From Trichoplax adhaerens (lineage: Eukaryota > Animalia > Placozoa): a DNA stretch of 64,000 nucleotides. A model generated the notes under the pieces. That model saw only the letters and a list, made by a program, of their open reading frames with translations. It was not told the DNA's origin and ran no database searches. The first letter of the stretch is position 1; every line of letters starts with the position of its first letter. The stretch is from assembly GCF_000150275.1 (NCBI RefSeq), contig NW_002060959.1, positions 1,262,319-1,326,318 of the forward strand, given 5' to 3'. Position numbers and translations under genes: made by a program. Below, piece after piece: positions 1-14,278 of the stretch.

Positions 1-514
1 ACAGACAGAAAATTTTATTACTTCTATGTCTTGCATAATCTATAATTCATTTATGGATTCTCTAGTAAATCTCTACTGTACATACATTCGTTGTACGTCG
101 TAATGCACATTCAAAGAACTTTTTGAGTCAAAAATTTTAGTCAATATATACAGTTCACTTCTAACGTAATTGAATATTGTGATATGCATACAAATATCAA
201 TTATTATGTTATCATTCATTAGTATTCTAACATTTATAAAAGCAGTAATCATAACAGTTGCTTCAAATTTATAACAGATGGAATTAAGTAATGTTGATAT
301 TTCGCAATCTCAATGTAATAAAACCATATATTGTTGTAATTATACAATTTGAAATGCTAACTAGTGTGGACTTCAGTTAAATTACTCCAGTTTACTTATT
401 ATGAGAGGTTAAATGGCCTTTGTACGTACTGAAATTAACATCAAAACTTTTATTCCTACTCATTCCATCATGGTTTATGTGAATATGGCTATATTATAAT
501 TATTTTATATCAAG

Positions 515-3500
515 TCGACCAGTTGAATGGCAATTAGGCGATGAAGATTTATATGCATGGGCACGCCAAAAGGCTAACAATCATGATGCACCAGACGATA
601 TAGGAAGGTTGCCATATGATATTAATCTTGGTAATGGCCAAGGAAACGTACCATTGTCCAATAATAGTCCACTACTAGATGCAGTAACTCAACTAACAGA
701 TCCGGTAAGTATTCATTTTAATTATTGATGGTACTATCGATAGATTATTAATAGATTTGAGGTAATTTTGACTTTTTAAATTGTTGAATGTATTTTAATA
801 AAATTTGCAATCATTTCGGTGTTAAATATTTCCAAACATTCGTTTCGCTATCCTCATGTATGAACCTCCAACAGAGACTCCGATCAGATTATCCACCTGA
901 TGAAGTTCCTCGTGCTTCTTATAGCAACAATAACGCAGTACCAGTTAGAAATGCTGACTACCCTGGTGCAGTTTCGCGCAATAACTACGTTCAAGCTAAA
1001 GGCAACAGCGTTTTAGATCACAGTCATCGCCGAATTGGCAATCACGATCCTCCAAATGCGCACTATCGTACTTCCAGTCAAAATCAAAGTTCCAACATCT
1101 TGCTAGGCTTTTCTGGATCAGAAGACAAGCCACGCTATGATAAAAGTAGCTACCAACAGGATTTAAAACAACAGATGCTAGAAATGGAAAATAGAAAGAA
1201 ACAAGAAAAAAAAAGAAGAGAGGCAGAAGAACTGAAAAAAGAACAAGAAATATATGATTATAATCCGTGGGGTAAAGGCGGAGGTGGTGCACCCCTGCGC
1301 GATCGCCATGGTCGCATTGTTGCTGATCTAAAAAGAATGCATGTAGATAATGAGACTAAACTTCTTAACCCTAATACCAATGAAAATCGTAGTCAACCCA
1401 ATCATTCACTTTCTAGTAACAACAATAATCAATACTCTAATGCAGCTTCTCCCCGGCGTGAGCCTAATTCATTAAATGAGCCCAATTATAGTTATAATCA
1501 ACCTAATCGTGAAACTACTGAGGTTGTAACTAAACTTACATCAGAAGGTTTTATGACTCAAGAAAGTCCACGCAAAAGTGAGACTGATTACAGAGCATAT
1601 CTTAAACAGCAAATTGAAGAAAAAGAGCGTAGAAAGCGGGAAGAACAAGAAAAAATAAGACAGGAAGAGCTGAAAGAAATGCAACGCATCGAAGATCAGA
1701 GGAAAATTATGCAAGAAGAACATGAGAAAGAGCTTGTAAGTAACCTGATAAATTTTACTGCACGTAACGTGTGTCTTAGCTAGCGCATATTGTAGGTAAA
1801 TCACCTTGCGGTAAACTTCCATCTGATTAAATCAAAAATAGTCGGAAAACTTTAAGAGCGGAATTAAATTCTATCCGCAATCCATCAGATAAAGTTTCAT
1901 TTTATATTAGTTAAAACTATTGTATCTTGAAATTATAAATTCTAATTGTACCTCGATCTCTTTTCCACTTTTAGGAAGGAAAGCGTAAAAAAGAAGAGGA
2001 AGAGAATCGGCAAAAAGAGGAAGCTGCACAAAAAATTAAAGAGCAGCGTGAGGCTTCGGAGCGAGCACAGCGTGAAGCAGAAGAGAATCGTCGGCAGAAA
2101 GCAGATGATGACTTAAAAAGGAGGCTAGCGGAAAGTAGGAAGAAACCGTATGAACAGGAAGCTAGCAATCAACAGAATAGCCCTGTGAGATCGAACTCTC
2201 CGCCTATACCAGCACTAAGGCAGTCATATAATCAATCTCCACCAATTCCTGCTTTAAGAAATGAGCAAGGCAATCCAACTTCACCGCCTTTACCAAGTCA
2301 TAGACAAGTTACAAATACTAATAGCGATATTTATAACCAAGACGACGAAATTCCTAGCCACTCTGAGATTCAACCACTTAAACTTTCAAGATCGCAGACA
2401 TTTAATGAAGTTACACTTAGTCAGCGAGATAATGATATTTATAAGAGTCATCCGAAATCATCACGCAATAATTCCATTTCAGGAAATGCATCCACTATAC
2501 CCAATAACTCCAATACGCGTCCCTTTAACAGAACTGCGGAAGAAACTAAAGATGTTATCGCTCAGCTGGAATTAATGCGGCAACAACTGAAACTTGAGCA
2601 AGCTAAGGTAACGTTAATCATGTAGCCTGAGCATACTCGTACGCCAAAGTTTACTGTTCAATCCAAAATCAAACTATGATCTGATTTATATTCTATTTCG
2701 TATAGGTTCAAGAACAATTAGAACAAAACAAAAAGGCTTATGAAGGACTGCTAAGGAATGAGGAGTTAAAGGTTAATTTAAGCTTTAGATAATATTTCTT
2801 TCTATAGAAGTTCGATTATGACCCACACTTTAATAACAGTTATAAACCAAATTGACGGAGATACTTTCTGATTAGCTACAAGCTCATATGGAACAGAACA
2901 AGAAAGCTAAAGAACGCCGATTATCAAGGAGTAAGAACAAAGCAGATATTTTTGCAATGGCATTACCCAAAAATAAAGGAGGAAATCAAAACAATGCTAC
3001 ATCGGAGTTTAATTCACTTAAGTATGGCAATGGAAGTGAATCAAGGCAAGAATTTTGGAAAGAATATCCTGAACCAGCTGAATCAAGTGCTTCGTTAGAA
3101 GTTCAACAGCAAGCTCTGCTAGATAAGCAAGAGCATCAATTGAAAATGTTACGAGAGGGTGAGGACATGTCAGTAACTTTTACGAGTATTGCATAAAATG
3201 ATAGTACATTAAGCTAAATCTTATACTACATGGGAGGGTAAAAAGTTTACTGCAGTTGTTGTACTCCTGATAAACAATAAATTCACTATAATTATAGGTG
3301 ATTTAGCCGCAGATCTTGATGTTAATAGTCATCCTACTAATCATCACCATCAGGCTTCAAATCGTAAGCCTGATTCAGAATCACAATTATCCTTATTGAC
3401 ATCAGAAACTAAATTTGTACCAGTCGATGATAATGGTAACAACGTTAAAGGCTCAACCGATGAAAATTCTACTAAAGTTTCATCAGCACGTGAAAGAAGA

Positions 3501-3680
3501 AGAATTCGACAACGCGATGAGTTACCATCTACCCCGGCGTCCATTTCCAGTCTAAATATCGATGCCATCAATGAGAAAAATAAAGAACGATTACTTAGAT
3601 TGGAGAAATTGACTGAAAGAAGAAAGAAAAATGACACTTTAGAACCAAGCGCGGTTTTAGAAGAATATTTAGAAAAATAA
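515..3680 (+). CDS. CSPP1: CSPP1-like centrosome/spindle pole-associated coiled-coil protein, 3' portion (5' exons upstream of window)
   Basis: Exons 515-704, 875-1735, 1975-2607, 2706-2771, 2876-3158 and 3298-3680 (TAA). All introns are GT-AG and the frame is preserved. Contains YNPWGKGGGGAPLRD, which I recognise from the CSPP1 family, plus YQQDLKQQM and YRAYLKQQIEEKERRKREEQE coiled-coil motifs and SPPIPALR repeats. The first exon seen begins mid-codon with no start, so the gene begins before the window. Confidence 0.8.
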
Positions 3681-5436
3681 CAACGATTAAATATTACCTC
3701 AATGGAATCAATTTGTTTATTTGATTTTATAAATATCTCTTACTTATTTCAGTTTTCCATATGATTAATACATAAATAAAAATGTAAAACGATAGCAAGA
3801 AATAATTACTTTTTCGGTTGTTGATACTGTAACTACTTGAAGATGCCTGTAGTATTAAAATAATTTCTCTGCTATCATTATATCATAGTGGAGTCTATTT
3901 GTATGCATACAAACATATAGTTTATAAATATTTATAACTAGTACGTGTACTATATATCTATTATAGAACGCTAATTGAGCTCGAGCTCTCATATTCGTTT
4001 ATATTAAGGATTTCTACTATAGTTACTAGTAATAACTTTACGTCAAAATTCTTTTGATAGTTCTCTGAATAACGTAATCTGGTTGTTAATTTCATTTCCT
4101 TAAGCCTTTTGCAACGTGTACATATATCAATAGAACGAAATCTGTCACCATTCAATAATGTTTAATTGGATTGATGAAAACTAATATTTCACATTCATTT
4201 TCGTTTTGATACTTTTCATTATGTAGTGTTGACGATTTAAAAATAATGTTTCGGTATTTTATGAAATCTGACATCACTATTATTGCATCGAATAACGTCT
4301 TAATTGATGGTTGTTCCATGCGATCGGTAGTTGGAGCTATTCCATTCAAGCTGGATCTGCAGTATAATGCGTATTTCGTAATGATGATGTGCATTTTAAA
4401 TTCATTCTACTGTTGTTATGTTTGATCTTTGGAAAGGCTGATTTTTTATACGCAATGCGTTAAGATATGTTCGAAGTTACACATGGTGTATAGCGATTGC
4501 TAGCTATGTATTCAATATTTTTCTTGATATTAATTATATCGATATTAGTTTTCAATTGGCTAAGGAAGACATAATTTACGTTAACATTTTTTGTCGTGCT
4601 CGATATCTCATAGTATCAAAGCCAGATTTCGAATGCGATAATTGAGTCACTTTATGTAATTATGTTGATTAATGATTATGAAAATGATTCTAAATGCAAA
4701 GTTGTTGGTTAATTTATTCTATAATTATTAAAGCCATAACAATAACTCGTAGATAGTAGATTCATTTTGTTAATCTTAGTCAGCCAATAACGTTTTATAG
4801 TAGTAAAGACCTATCGCTACAAAAATATGAATAGAATGAATTGTATTTCCAAAATTGTTTATATAAGTATTATTTATACAAAGACAATAAATATTGTTAT
4901 GACGTCAGCTAAATGCGACTTCTGCAAAAAGTACACTTTTTTCTAATAATTGCTTCCTTAATAACATCTACTATAGTTTGCACCTCATCATATTGGTATC
5001 GCCGAAAGAAATTGTCTTTTAAGGTAAGCAAAAGAGCTGTAAATGTAATAGGTCTCAAAGGAAGATACTCTCCTTTAATATTTCCAACGATTTACCTATA
5101 TTAAGAATGATATTGACGCTAAACAACACAGTGAAAGATTGATGAGATACACTTCAGATAAAGACCTCATCATAGTATTATAATCAAGTATCGTAACATC
5201 TCGAGCTAAGTATTATCTTTAAATAGAATAGTGGATCCGAAGGTAAACTAGTTTATTCTCTATTAAGGACTAAGTTTCGGGCTATTTTAAAGAAATTGAA
5301 CAGAGTCTTATTGAAAATTTTCATACTTCCTAATAGTTATTACGATTTATCATTGTTTGAAATTTAGCTCTTAGCACAGTAGAAAAGCAAACGAATTAAC
5401 ATTGATGTACACGTATCTACAGGTTTCCCTATTAAA

Positions 5437-6642
<1,206 letters not shown>

Positions 6643-8677
6643 CTTTAATTTAATAAGGATAGTTTCAGACTAAGTACAGTATATTATGATTATTAATAAA
6701 ATGAATCCCTTCAAATATTTTTTAGCACCGCTGATGATCTCGTATAAGATTGTATAGCTGGGAAGAAGAGTATAAGAATGACTTGTACAGTAATGTACAA
6801 TAACGCGTAAATACTACTAGAGACGATTTAGTTTAAAAATTAGATGCTTTTCAACCCAATCAATGACATCCGACAAGTCGATCTGGCAGAGTAGGTTATT
6901 GATTGTAAGTACGTATCGCCTACCCGTACTTTTAGTCTATTTTTAAAACGATAGTTATAAAGTGGCAAAATGGTCTCTTAGCTATATAGTAGTATATAGT
7001 ACAATAATATTTTTTTCTTGTAGTAATTATTAAAATATAAGTTGGCATAAGAAGTAACTTTGGTTGTGTGATTGAATCGATCTAAAATTGAGGAGAATAT
7101 ATTCCTGTTGTATTCCTTTCATACATACGAAGTCAACTGTAATTGTTGTCATAATACAGTTAAGCTAAGCAAGATTGCATTGCAAATTATACCTACGTGG
7201 ATTGAATCTGCAACCTGCTAAGCAATAAAAATTAAATCAAGCAATGCTATTGGTACTTGGCTAATGTTATGTTGTGACTTATATATTGGATTCTGTTTGG
7301 TGACTTTCGTTGTCACTGGTCAGAAGTGGTTGGCAGCGAGTTGATTAGTGTATTGAAATTACCTTTACCTAGAGCCCAATTCTCTATAGCATGGAGTGGT
7401 AGAAATATATATTAGGAATACAGTACGTCTTCACATCTCTCTTGATATACGTCGGTTGTATGAGGGGTCAAATTGAAGCAAGTTCATTGTCGAAAGTTCG
7501 AGATGGATTCTATTCTAGTACAACAACACTTATCATCATGTACTGTTTTGTAGAAGGGTTTCTTTCGTTTATGCTTACTCCACTTTCACCTACAGTCACT
7601 AACTATGCGTAGGAAACATACGAAAAAACACCTACAGGAAAAAACTGGCTGCACTAATTCTCAATCGTTGAGTTGTTGAAGGAGTCTATGTAAACGTAGA
7701 GGTTATCCAGTTTACAGTAAGTACATTCCTGGACTTTGAAAGTCAAGTTGTATTTGTAAAAGCGATATCGAGGACATTGCGTATTAAAATATTCACTTTG
7801 TATTTTACTTGCTGTTGGTCTTTGCTTATGATTGAAGTAATGGACCAATAAGATATCGCGAAACGGAGGTCTTGCCTTTTACTATCAAGGCTCAACATAC
7901 GCTCTTCCCGATTCTTCAAAGCGTGGATTTATTTGAAGCAAATGAGTGATGATTTGTTCCATGTTGCGCTCCTACCGTGGATGACATTGATTCATCCACG
8001 TATCATGACTGAATTTGGATCAATATTGATGTCTAAATGTCAAGATTGTTTATCTCTTCATTCCTCATTTCATAGTATAGTGTAAAGTAAGCTAATCCAT
8101 TACAGTATTCCAACTCTTCAAGTTGTCGTTGGTTGTTTCAAGCCATAAGTGATGGTTGAACCTGTGTGTTGACAGTGCAAGGCCAAGCCACAAACAGGAC
8201 ATGATAATACAACACAGGCCAGTGCACATCGTCAAGCATAGCTCAAACTGCTTCTTATTCATCAACACGTTAAGCATTTGGTGATTTCATTCACGACAAA
8301 TTTTACCTAATGATAAGATGACAAATATGCCTTGCAAAGCTAAAGCTAGCCAGCTCAAGGAGTAGAGGAACCACGCCATGGTCTATCCGCTTGCCACTAA
8401 CCCCTCGACCACCTTGGGTGTGTGGATCATCACCTTGGTACAGTACTCTACAGTACTGTATGCCAGCGTCTACAGTACGCCTTTTATCCGCTATACTGTA
8501 CACTGTACACTGTACAGGGCCATGGACCAGTGAGATACTATACCGGTCAAGTCGAGTCCAGTGTCTGGCAGTCCATGCCTCGATGATATGGTATACTATA
8601 CTATGGTGTAGTCCAAAAGCAATGGTGAATGACTGGGCATAAATCGACTACTCAGACTGAGAGTATTGTACAGTATA

Positions 8678-9290
8678 CTTCCAGTAGTCATGATGGCACA
8701 CAGTACTGTACTGTACACAATGGACTCCTCCTACAATACCTGGACTCGAAACTAGCCTTGGATGGACGGACTTTGCCTGTAAGATTACTGTTAGGCGGAA
8801 GATAGGAAATTACGTGCAGCATACAGTACACTGTACGCTTCCAGAAGTCATGATACAGTACACAACGAACTCCTCCAACAATACCTGGACTCCAAACTCT
8901 CCTTGGATGGACGGACTTTACTTACCAGAGAAGGCGGAAAATGGCGAAATGACCTGTACTGTACAGTACAGTGTACAGTACAGTAATCATGATACTGTAC
9001 AGTACTGTACTGTACACTGTGTACACAATGGACTCCTCCAATAATACCTGGACCCCAAACTCTCCTTGGATGGACGGACTTTGCTTACAAGAGAAGGCGG
9101 AAAATGGCGAAATGACCTGTACACTCACAGTGTACAGTAGTCATGATACAGTACAGTACACAACGGACTCCTCCAACAATACCTGGACTCCAAACTCTCC
9201 TCGGATGGACGGATTTTGCTTACAAGAGAAGGCGGAAAATGGCGAAATGACCTGCACTGTACGCCTACTCTGTACACTCAGTGAGTGTAC
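8678..9290. repeat. Complex tandem repeat, four copies of a ~135-165 bp unit
   Basis: A core of about 95 bp (ACTCCTCCAACAATACCTGGACTCCAAACTCTCCTTGGATGGACGGACTT...GAGAAGGCGGAAAATGGCGAAATGACCTG) recurs at about 8723, 8868, 9031 and 9166. Copies are separated by variable CAGTA/TACTG/GTAC-rich spacers containing (G/A)TCATGAT. Confidence 0.95.
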
Positions 9291-11020
9291 AGCAGTCACA
9301 AACGACTACCAGCCCATGCTGTCATACTGTATGTCATGGCTGTTTTCTTCTTCAATGCCATTTATGAATTTAAAAACATTGGATCATTTTAACATAGTTG
9401 AACCTTATTGTCAAAGTTAAATGGGCGATGGAAATTTTTTCTTTACAAGTCCCTATGGGTATTGCACTTTACATGGTATGGGAAATAGCTTTCAAAAGAA
9501 AAACTTTGTATCCAAAATACAACAAAATTCATTGCAATATGGACAGTCCACAATGAATGACACTGTACTATATCATGTCAAGTATCAGCGTCTTTAATTT
9601 CCTTTTAGATACTTGAACTGGGGAAAATACTACCACAACGAATGGGCTAATGCAGTAGTTGATACCGACATCCAACACATTGACTAATCTTTGACTTCAC
9701 TGTACTGTATAGAAATGGTTGTATACTGTCCTGTAGATGGCAATATATTTCATGAGAACCTTTATTATATTAAGTACAGTAGACTACAGTAATTTTCGAA
9801 CCATGAAAAATTTGCCAATAGGGCAGATCGGTAAAATAGATAAAAATATACAATAGTAAATCATTAGTTTACCCTATATATTAAAATAGCTTCTACCAAA
9901 ATAATGCAGCTGGACTGTAAAGTAAATGGTACGCGAAGCTAGACCTGAGCGAAGTATTGCGAGCGAGGGATCAATTAGTAATTTCGAAAAAATAACTTAT
10001 AGAATGGCAGTATCAAGCATCCGTAGACTGAAATAATGATGAAAGCAAATGTTAGCAACAGTAATTCGACGATATGGAGATTGACGTCTAAGGAGGTTTT
10101 ACTCTTTCCATTTTTTTCTTCTCGTTCCAATGTCAGTATACAGTGCACTTTGCGTCAATACGTTATCGAAATGATTCGCTTCTGTTGGACTATCTACAAC
10201 ACAGTGGATAGTAGAATTGAATACGCGAAGTAAAGTAGACCGAGCGATGGAAATTTCAATCAATAGTTTTGGTATAAACTACTACATATAATTCACAGTA
10301 CGGTAGTCCATGGCTTTGGCTATTTGACTATTGGAATAGTTTTTATAAAAATTTCAACAGATTTGAAAATAATGACTAAAATAGCAATGATATCACAGTT
10401 GTAACAACCGGTTGATACCAAACTGCTTTATTAAGCGTAGACGAAGCGATCAAATAGATATAAATTTCAATTGTAGCCATATACGCCTATCCTGTATCAT
10501 GGACAAGTAGAAAGAAAACGATTGGGTTTCTTCTAGTATTCCTTGACCGTATACAGACAGTATGGGCCAGTGCAATACTTTTAACTTTTCAATTTACCAC
10601 TGTCGCTTTCTAGCATTGCATCACGCCATGGCGTACTTTACACAATGATTGTACCATGAACTACTCAGTAGTCTGTGATTGTACTGTGGATAGTTTTCAA
10701 TGAAATCGCAAATCCACCCCTTCAAAACTTGCGGCTTTCCACTTTAACCCTCAACGGCGGTGTAATGACCGAGTAATAGCCTTTTACTATTACTAGTGTG
10801 TCTACAGAATCTACGGTACACGTTCCTATTACTTCAAAGTCCTAACTCACAACGCATAAAGGTTTTTTTCTCGATGGTCCCAACATGACATCGCTGTGCG
10901 TATGGTGATATTACCACACTCATAGCATAAATCTTCATAAACTGGTAGACCAACAGGCTCGACGATTAATCACCAAATAATGGAACAAACTGCGGTACTT
11001 ATATTTATGCTGTTATTCTT

Positions 11021-11469
11021 TGTCACAGTGTAAGACAGTATAATATTGTATTCTAAGTTGATGATATATTTAGTAATGTCTACCGTAGATGTTGTATTCA
11101 ACATGCGATCGATATTCTCGTTACAGGCTTAAGTATTAAATATAGCTAGCTTAGTAACTGCAATCCTTCTGAAGAGGAGCGCTACAGAGCTCACACTAGA
11201 GCTGCACATGAAAGGTATAAACTATCCTGTATTTGAGATGCTAATGCTGAAGTGTGTAGTAAGTAAGGTGTTAAGACTGTAAGCGCGGAAAAGTATATAA
11301 GCGAGTAGTTTAGTATCGTAAGATAGTTCTTTCTCGTTAGAGATCCTCAGCTAATCGATTACGTTGTATCTTCGTAAACGAGGTTTTGTTCAATTAATCT
11401 TAATTTTCTAAAGTTTTGAAGATTCTTGATCTATCAACCTCACACACAGATACTTATCGAATCATAACA
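11021..11469 (+). mobile_element. Degenerate solo-LTR-like element (family shared with 38767-39349)
   Basis: Starts TGTCAC and possibly ends CATAACA. Shares TATATAAGCG (~11294) and TAATTTTCTA..AGTTTTGAAG (~11401) with the 39.1-39.2 kb element. No intact TSD; the right boundary is uncertain. Confidence 0.4.
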
Positions 11470-12250
11470 CTTTCGAAATGTCTGTACAAGTAGTGCTTAT
11501 TCTCTGTTATTCTCTGTCTTTGCGGTTAAAAATGAATGCTTTCTCTTGTTATGATAAAATATTATGTCGTCATAAATGAGTTGTAATGAAACATCCAATA
11601 CTTTCTTCCATTAAAGTCAATGTATAGTTATAGTCTTGTTTTAGTTCATCAAAAGAAAAACTTGGTTTTTGTGGCATCGTGTTTAAAGTGATAGAATTTC
11701 TTGCGATGCAGAACCCAAAGTCGCACTGTCTTAGAGTGAGCGCAATAGTTTCAACTTACTGATGGCGGCCAGGTAAATTTTAATCTTAAATACCTATATG
11801 CGTAAAGTTTTAAATATACAATAAAATTATGAAATAGAGTAACATGGTTCGTTAAACGGTTATACGCTTAGATCGCTCGATAATTGGTAAATTACATATT
11901 CTGTTTCAACAGAAAGCGGTCGTTTCTCTGACTGAAGGAGGTAAGAGAGACATTTGGAAATACTACTAAAATACTGTACTTTACCACCAGATTAAGTTAT
12001 AGGTGAGATTCTTAAGACATGCCGAGAATTTTTGACTGCGTTTGCTGTTGTAGTGTGGCCTGATATATTGATTAATATCAAACTAACGTAAATTATATTA
12101 TACTTTAATAGATTTACTATTGCGAATTATAACTTAATACTATATAAATTAATTGTTGGTATCCTTACGTTGATGATTTTAGCCTATATACGAAACTTGT
12201 GTATGGTGATTATTCTGCACCTTTACTTAGCAGATATATTAAAAGCTTAA

Positions 12251-12492
12251 TATAGAGATAGTTTCTATTGTTCACTTAGTACTATCCACAACATAGTTAT
12301 AAGATTTAAAGAATCTTCTTTAAATAATAAATGGCGACGGTTTATATTGGTCGCGCCGTATAAATTGCCATGTAACGTTGAAGTTGATTATTCTGTACAT
12401 TTACTTGGAAGATAAATTACAACCTTAACATAGAGATGAATACTACTGTTCACTTAGTACTACCCATATGATAGTTATAAGATTTAAAGAAT
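12251..12492. repeat. Pair of ~63 bp diverged direct repeats
   Basis: ATAGAGAT...TGTTCACTTAGTACTA.CCA...ATAGTTATAAGATTTAAAGAAT at about 12251-12313 and 12430-12492. Confidence 0.8.
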
Positions 12493-13280
12493 GATATAGC
12501 CAAGAACTAGTTACTAAATCTAATCATACTCTGTTGCAATATAGCAATTCTTTATTATCTGCGATATATAAAATACTTTTGCAGTGTTGACGAATAATAT
12601 CGACTGAATCCTTCGCAATTCTACATATGGAGCCCAGAATTTAGCTGTCACGAAAATTATTTTGTTAAGCAACCTGATCTCCAATTTTTTATGGAATCTC
12701 CTTTTCAATCAAAATATAGTTAGTATGTCTTATTTTTGTAGCAAACATTAATTTTTACGCTTTTTTAACTAGAATATACTGTAACTAATTTTGGAGGTGG
12801 TTACTAGATGATTAGAATTAGTAAATTCAATTATTATTCTTAGTCGATTTCTACGAGTATAATCAGCTAGCTTGTGACCGCATTTTTCATAAATGGAACA
12901 GTAATTCTTAATAAGATCTATCGATCTTATCGCTGTATCATTTAATGTTCATCCTATAAAGTTAATTCTAGTAGTACAAACGAGGGACATAAGTTTTTAA
13001 ATGTGATACATTTAAAAAAAATTGGGGGGATTGGCATCGGAAATTTTTCATATTGTGTGCAATATATAACTATGTAAGAACTGTTAAAGAACACGGCAGT
13101 ACCAAATGTGACTGAGGAGAAACTTCGCTATAGTGTTTGTACGATATTGATTACCAGTAATGCAGTATTTGTTACTTTTAACGGTTATAGTTTGCTCTAC
13201 TATTTCGCTCCCATATACGTTCTTACTTTCATACGTGGTGTATGCAATTTGCTGTGAAATAAAATTTTTACGTATTATCA

Positions 13281-13731
13281 TGGCATAAATCAGCTTTACC
13301 ACAAGGTTATACGTAAAATCAAATTTCTAAATTTCTCAAGCTTTCGGGATTTACTATCCCTTAACTACTCACAAGAACTTAGACGTGCTTGCTTCTACGT
13401 TCCAAAACTAGAGAACTGATCTTACAATGATCTGTGGGCTTAAATACCTTTCGGCAACGGCTAACATTGATGAATCATCTTAATCATATTTATCAATGTG
13501 AACATTTACTGACTAATTTCAACTAATCATAAATTACAGTTACATGAGCTTGTACTGTCTTCAATTACTGTATAAGAATTGTATTACAGTACAACATATA
13601 ATTTACTGTGGTACTATACATTATAACTTCAGTGATTCCTAGTGTAAGCAACTAATTGTAATCACCGTATATAAAATTATAATTTGCTAAATTTAGTCAT
13701 TTAATTCTTCACGGTAGTTTGCACCATTACA
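13281..13731 (-). mobile_element. Diverged solo LTR, same family as 58437-59158
   Basis: Collinear similarity to the 58.4-59.2 kb element, including CTACTCACAAGAA.TTAGACG, TTCTACGTT, GGGCTTA.ATACC, GCTAACATT and TTCTTCAC.GTAGTT. It lacks the internal insertion of that copy. The TSD is degenerate, and a second terminus-like CCGTGACA lies at 13770-13777. Confidence 0.65.
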
Positions 13732-14125
13732 CAGCAGAACGCTTACCCTAATTTTACGGCTGTTTATATCCGTGACAGGCATATAAATAAAAATTTCTAT
13801 TAGAGAACCTAGAATTTACTGATAGTACAGTAAGCTAAAAAAATTTAAAGTACAGTAATGTGAATATCTGTAAGCTGCAAATGTTATCATTACCTGTCAT
13901 CAATGAGTTTCTATAAAACATCTTGAGCCTTCGAGGATTTTATTTTATGACATTGGCATTTAGCCGAGTTTACGAATATATGCCGTATATTATGTAATCT
14001 TTGGATATCTAATGTAAATTATGTTCATTGACATTTCATGTCCAGTCATAATTAAACTGTTTCCGTAACTTTAGCCACGATTAAAAATTGTCAATATTAG
14101 ATTATCAGATTAAATTACTGCACAT

Positions 14126-14278
14126 TATACCCCGTCAGTTTATGAAAATTTCTTAGAATGTTTGACTGAAACTGTCGTACTGATGTATATAAAAAAATTT
14201 CGAAATTAAACCCATTCTCGTGCACGACAGTTTCAACTAAGTATTCTAAGAACTTTCCCAGCTTATTAACGGAGTTTA
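14126..14278. mobile_element. MITE-like element with ~55 bp imperfect terminal inverted repeats
   Basis: The left arm ...TTCTTAGAATGTTTGACTGAAACTGTCGTAC is the imperfect reverse complement of the right arm GCACGACAGTTTCAACTAAGTATTCTAAGAA.... TA occurs at both outer ends. Confidence 0.6.

Noticed and set aside
996-3637. Minus-strand and alternate-frame ORFs over CSPP1
   Set aside because: Shadow ORFs of biased coiled-coil codons. The ORF-track starts at 788, 2185, 2888 and 3396 are intronic or internal.
8678-9290. CRISPR-like repeat/spacer appearance
   Set aside because: The cores are about 95 bp, the spacers are related low-complexity sequence, there are no cas genes, and the context is eukaryotic.
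8814-9420. ORFs 8814-9044, 8922-9128 and 8971-9420 with repeated SSNNTWTPNSPWMDG
   Set aside because: These are translations of the DNA tandem repeat. The frame shifts between units, and there is no signal peptide or dibasic cleavage pattern of a neuropeptide precursor.
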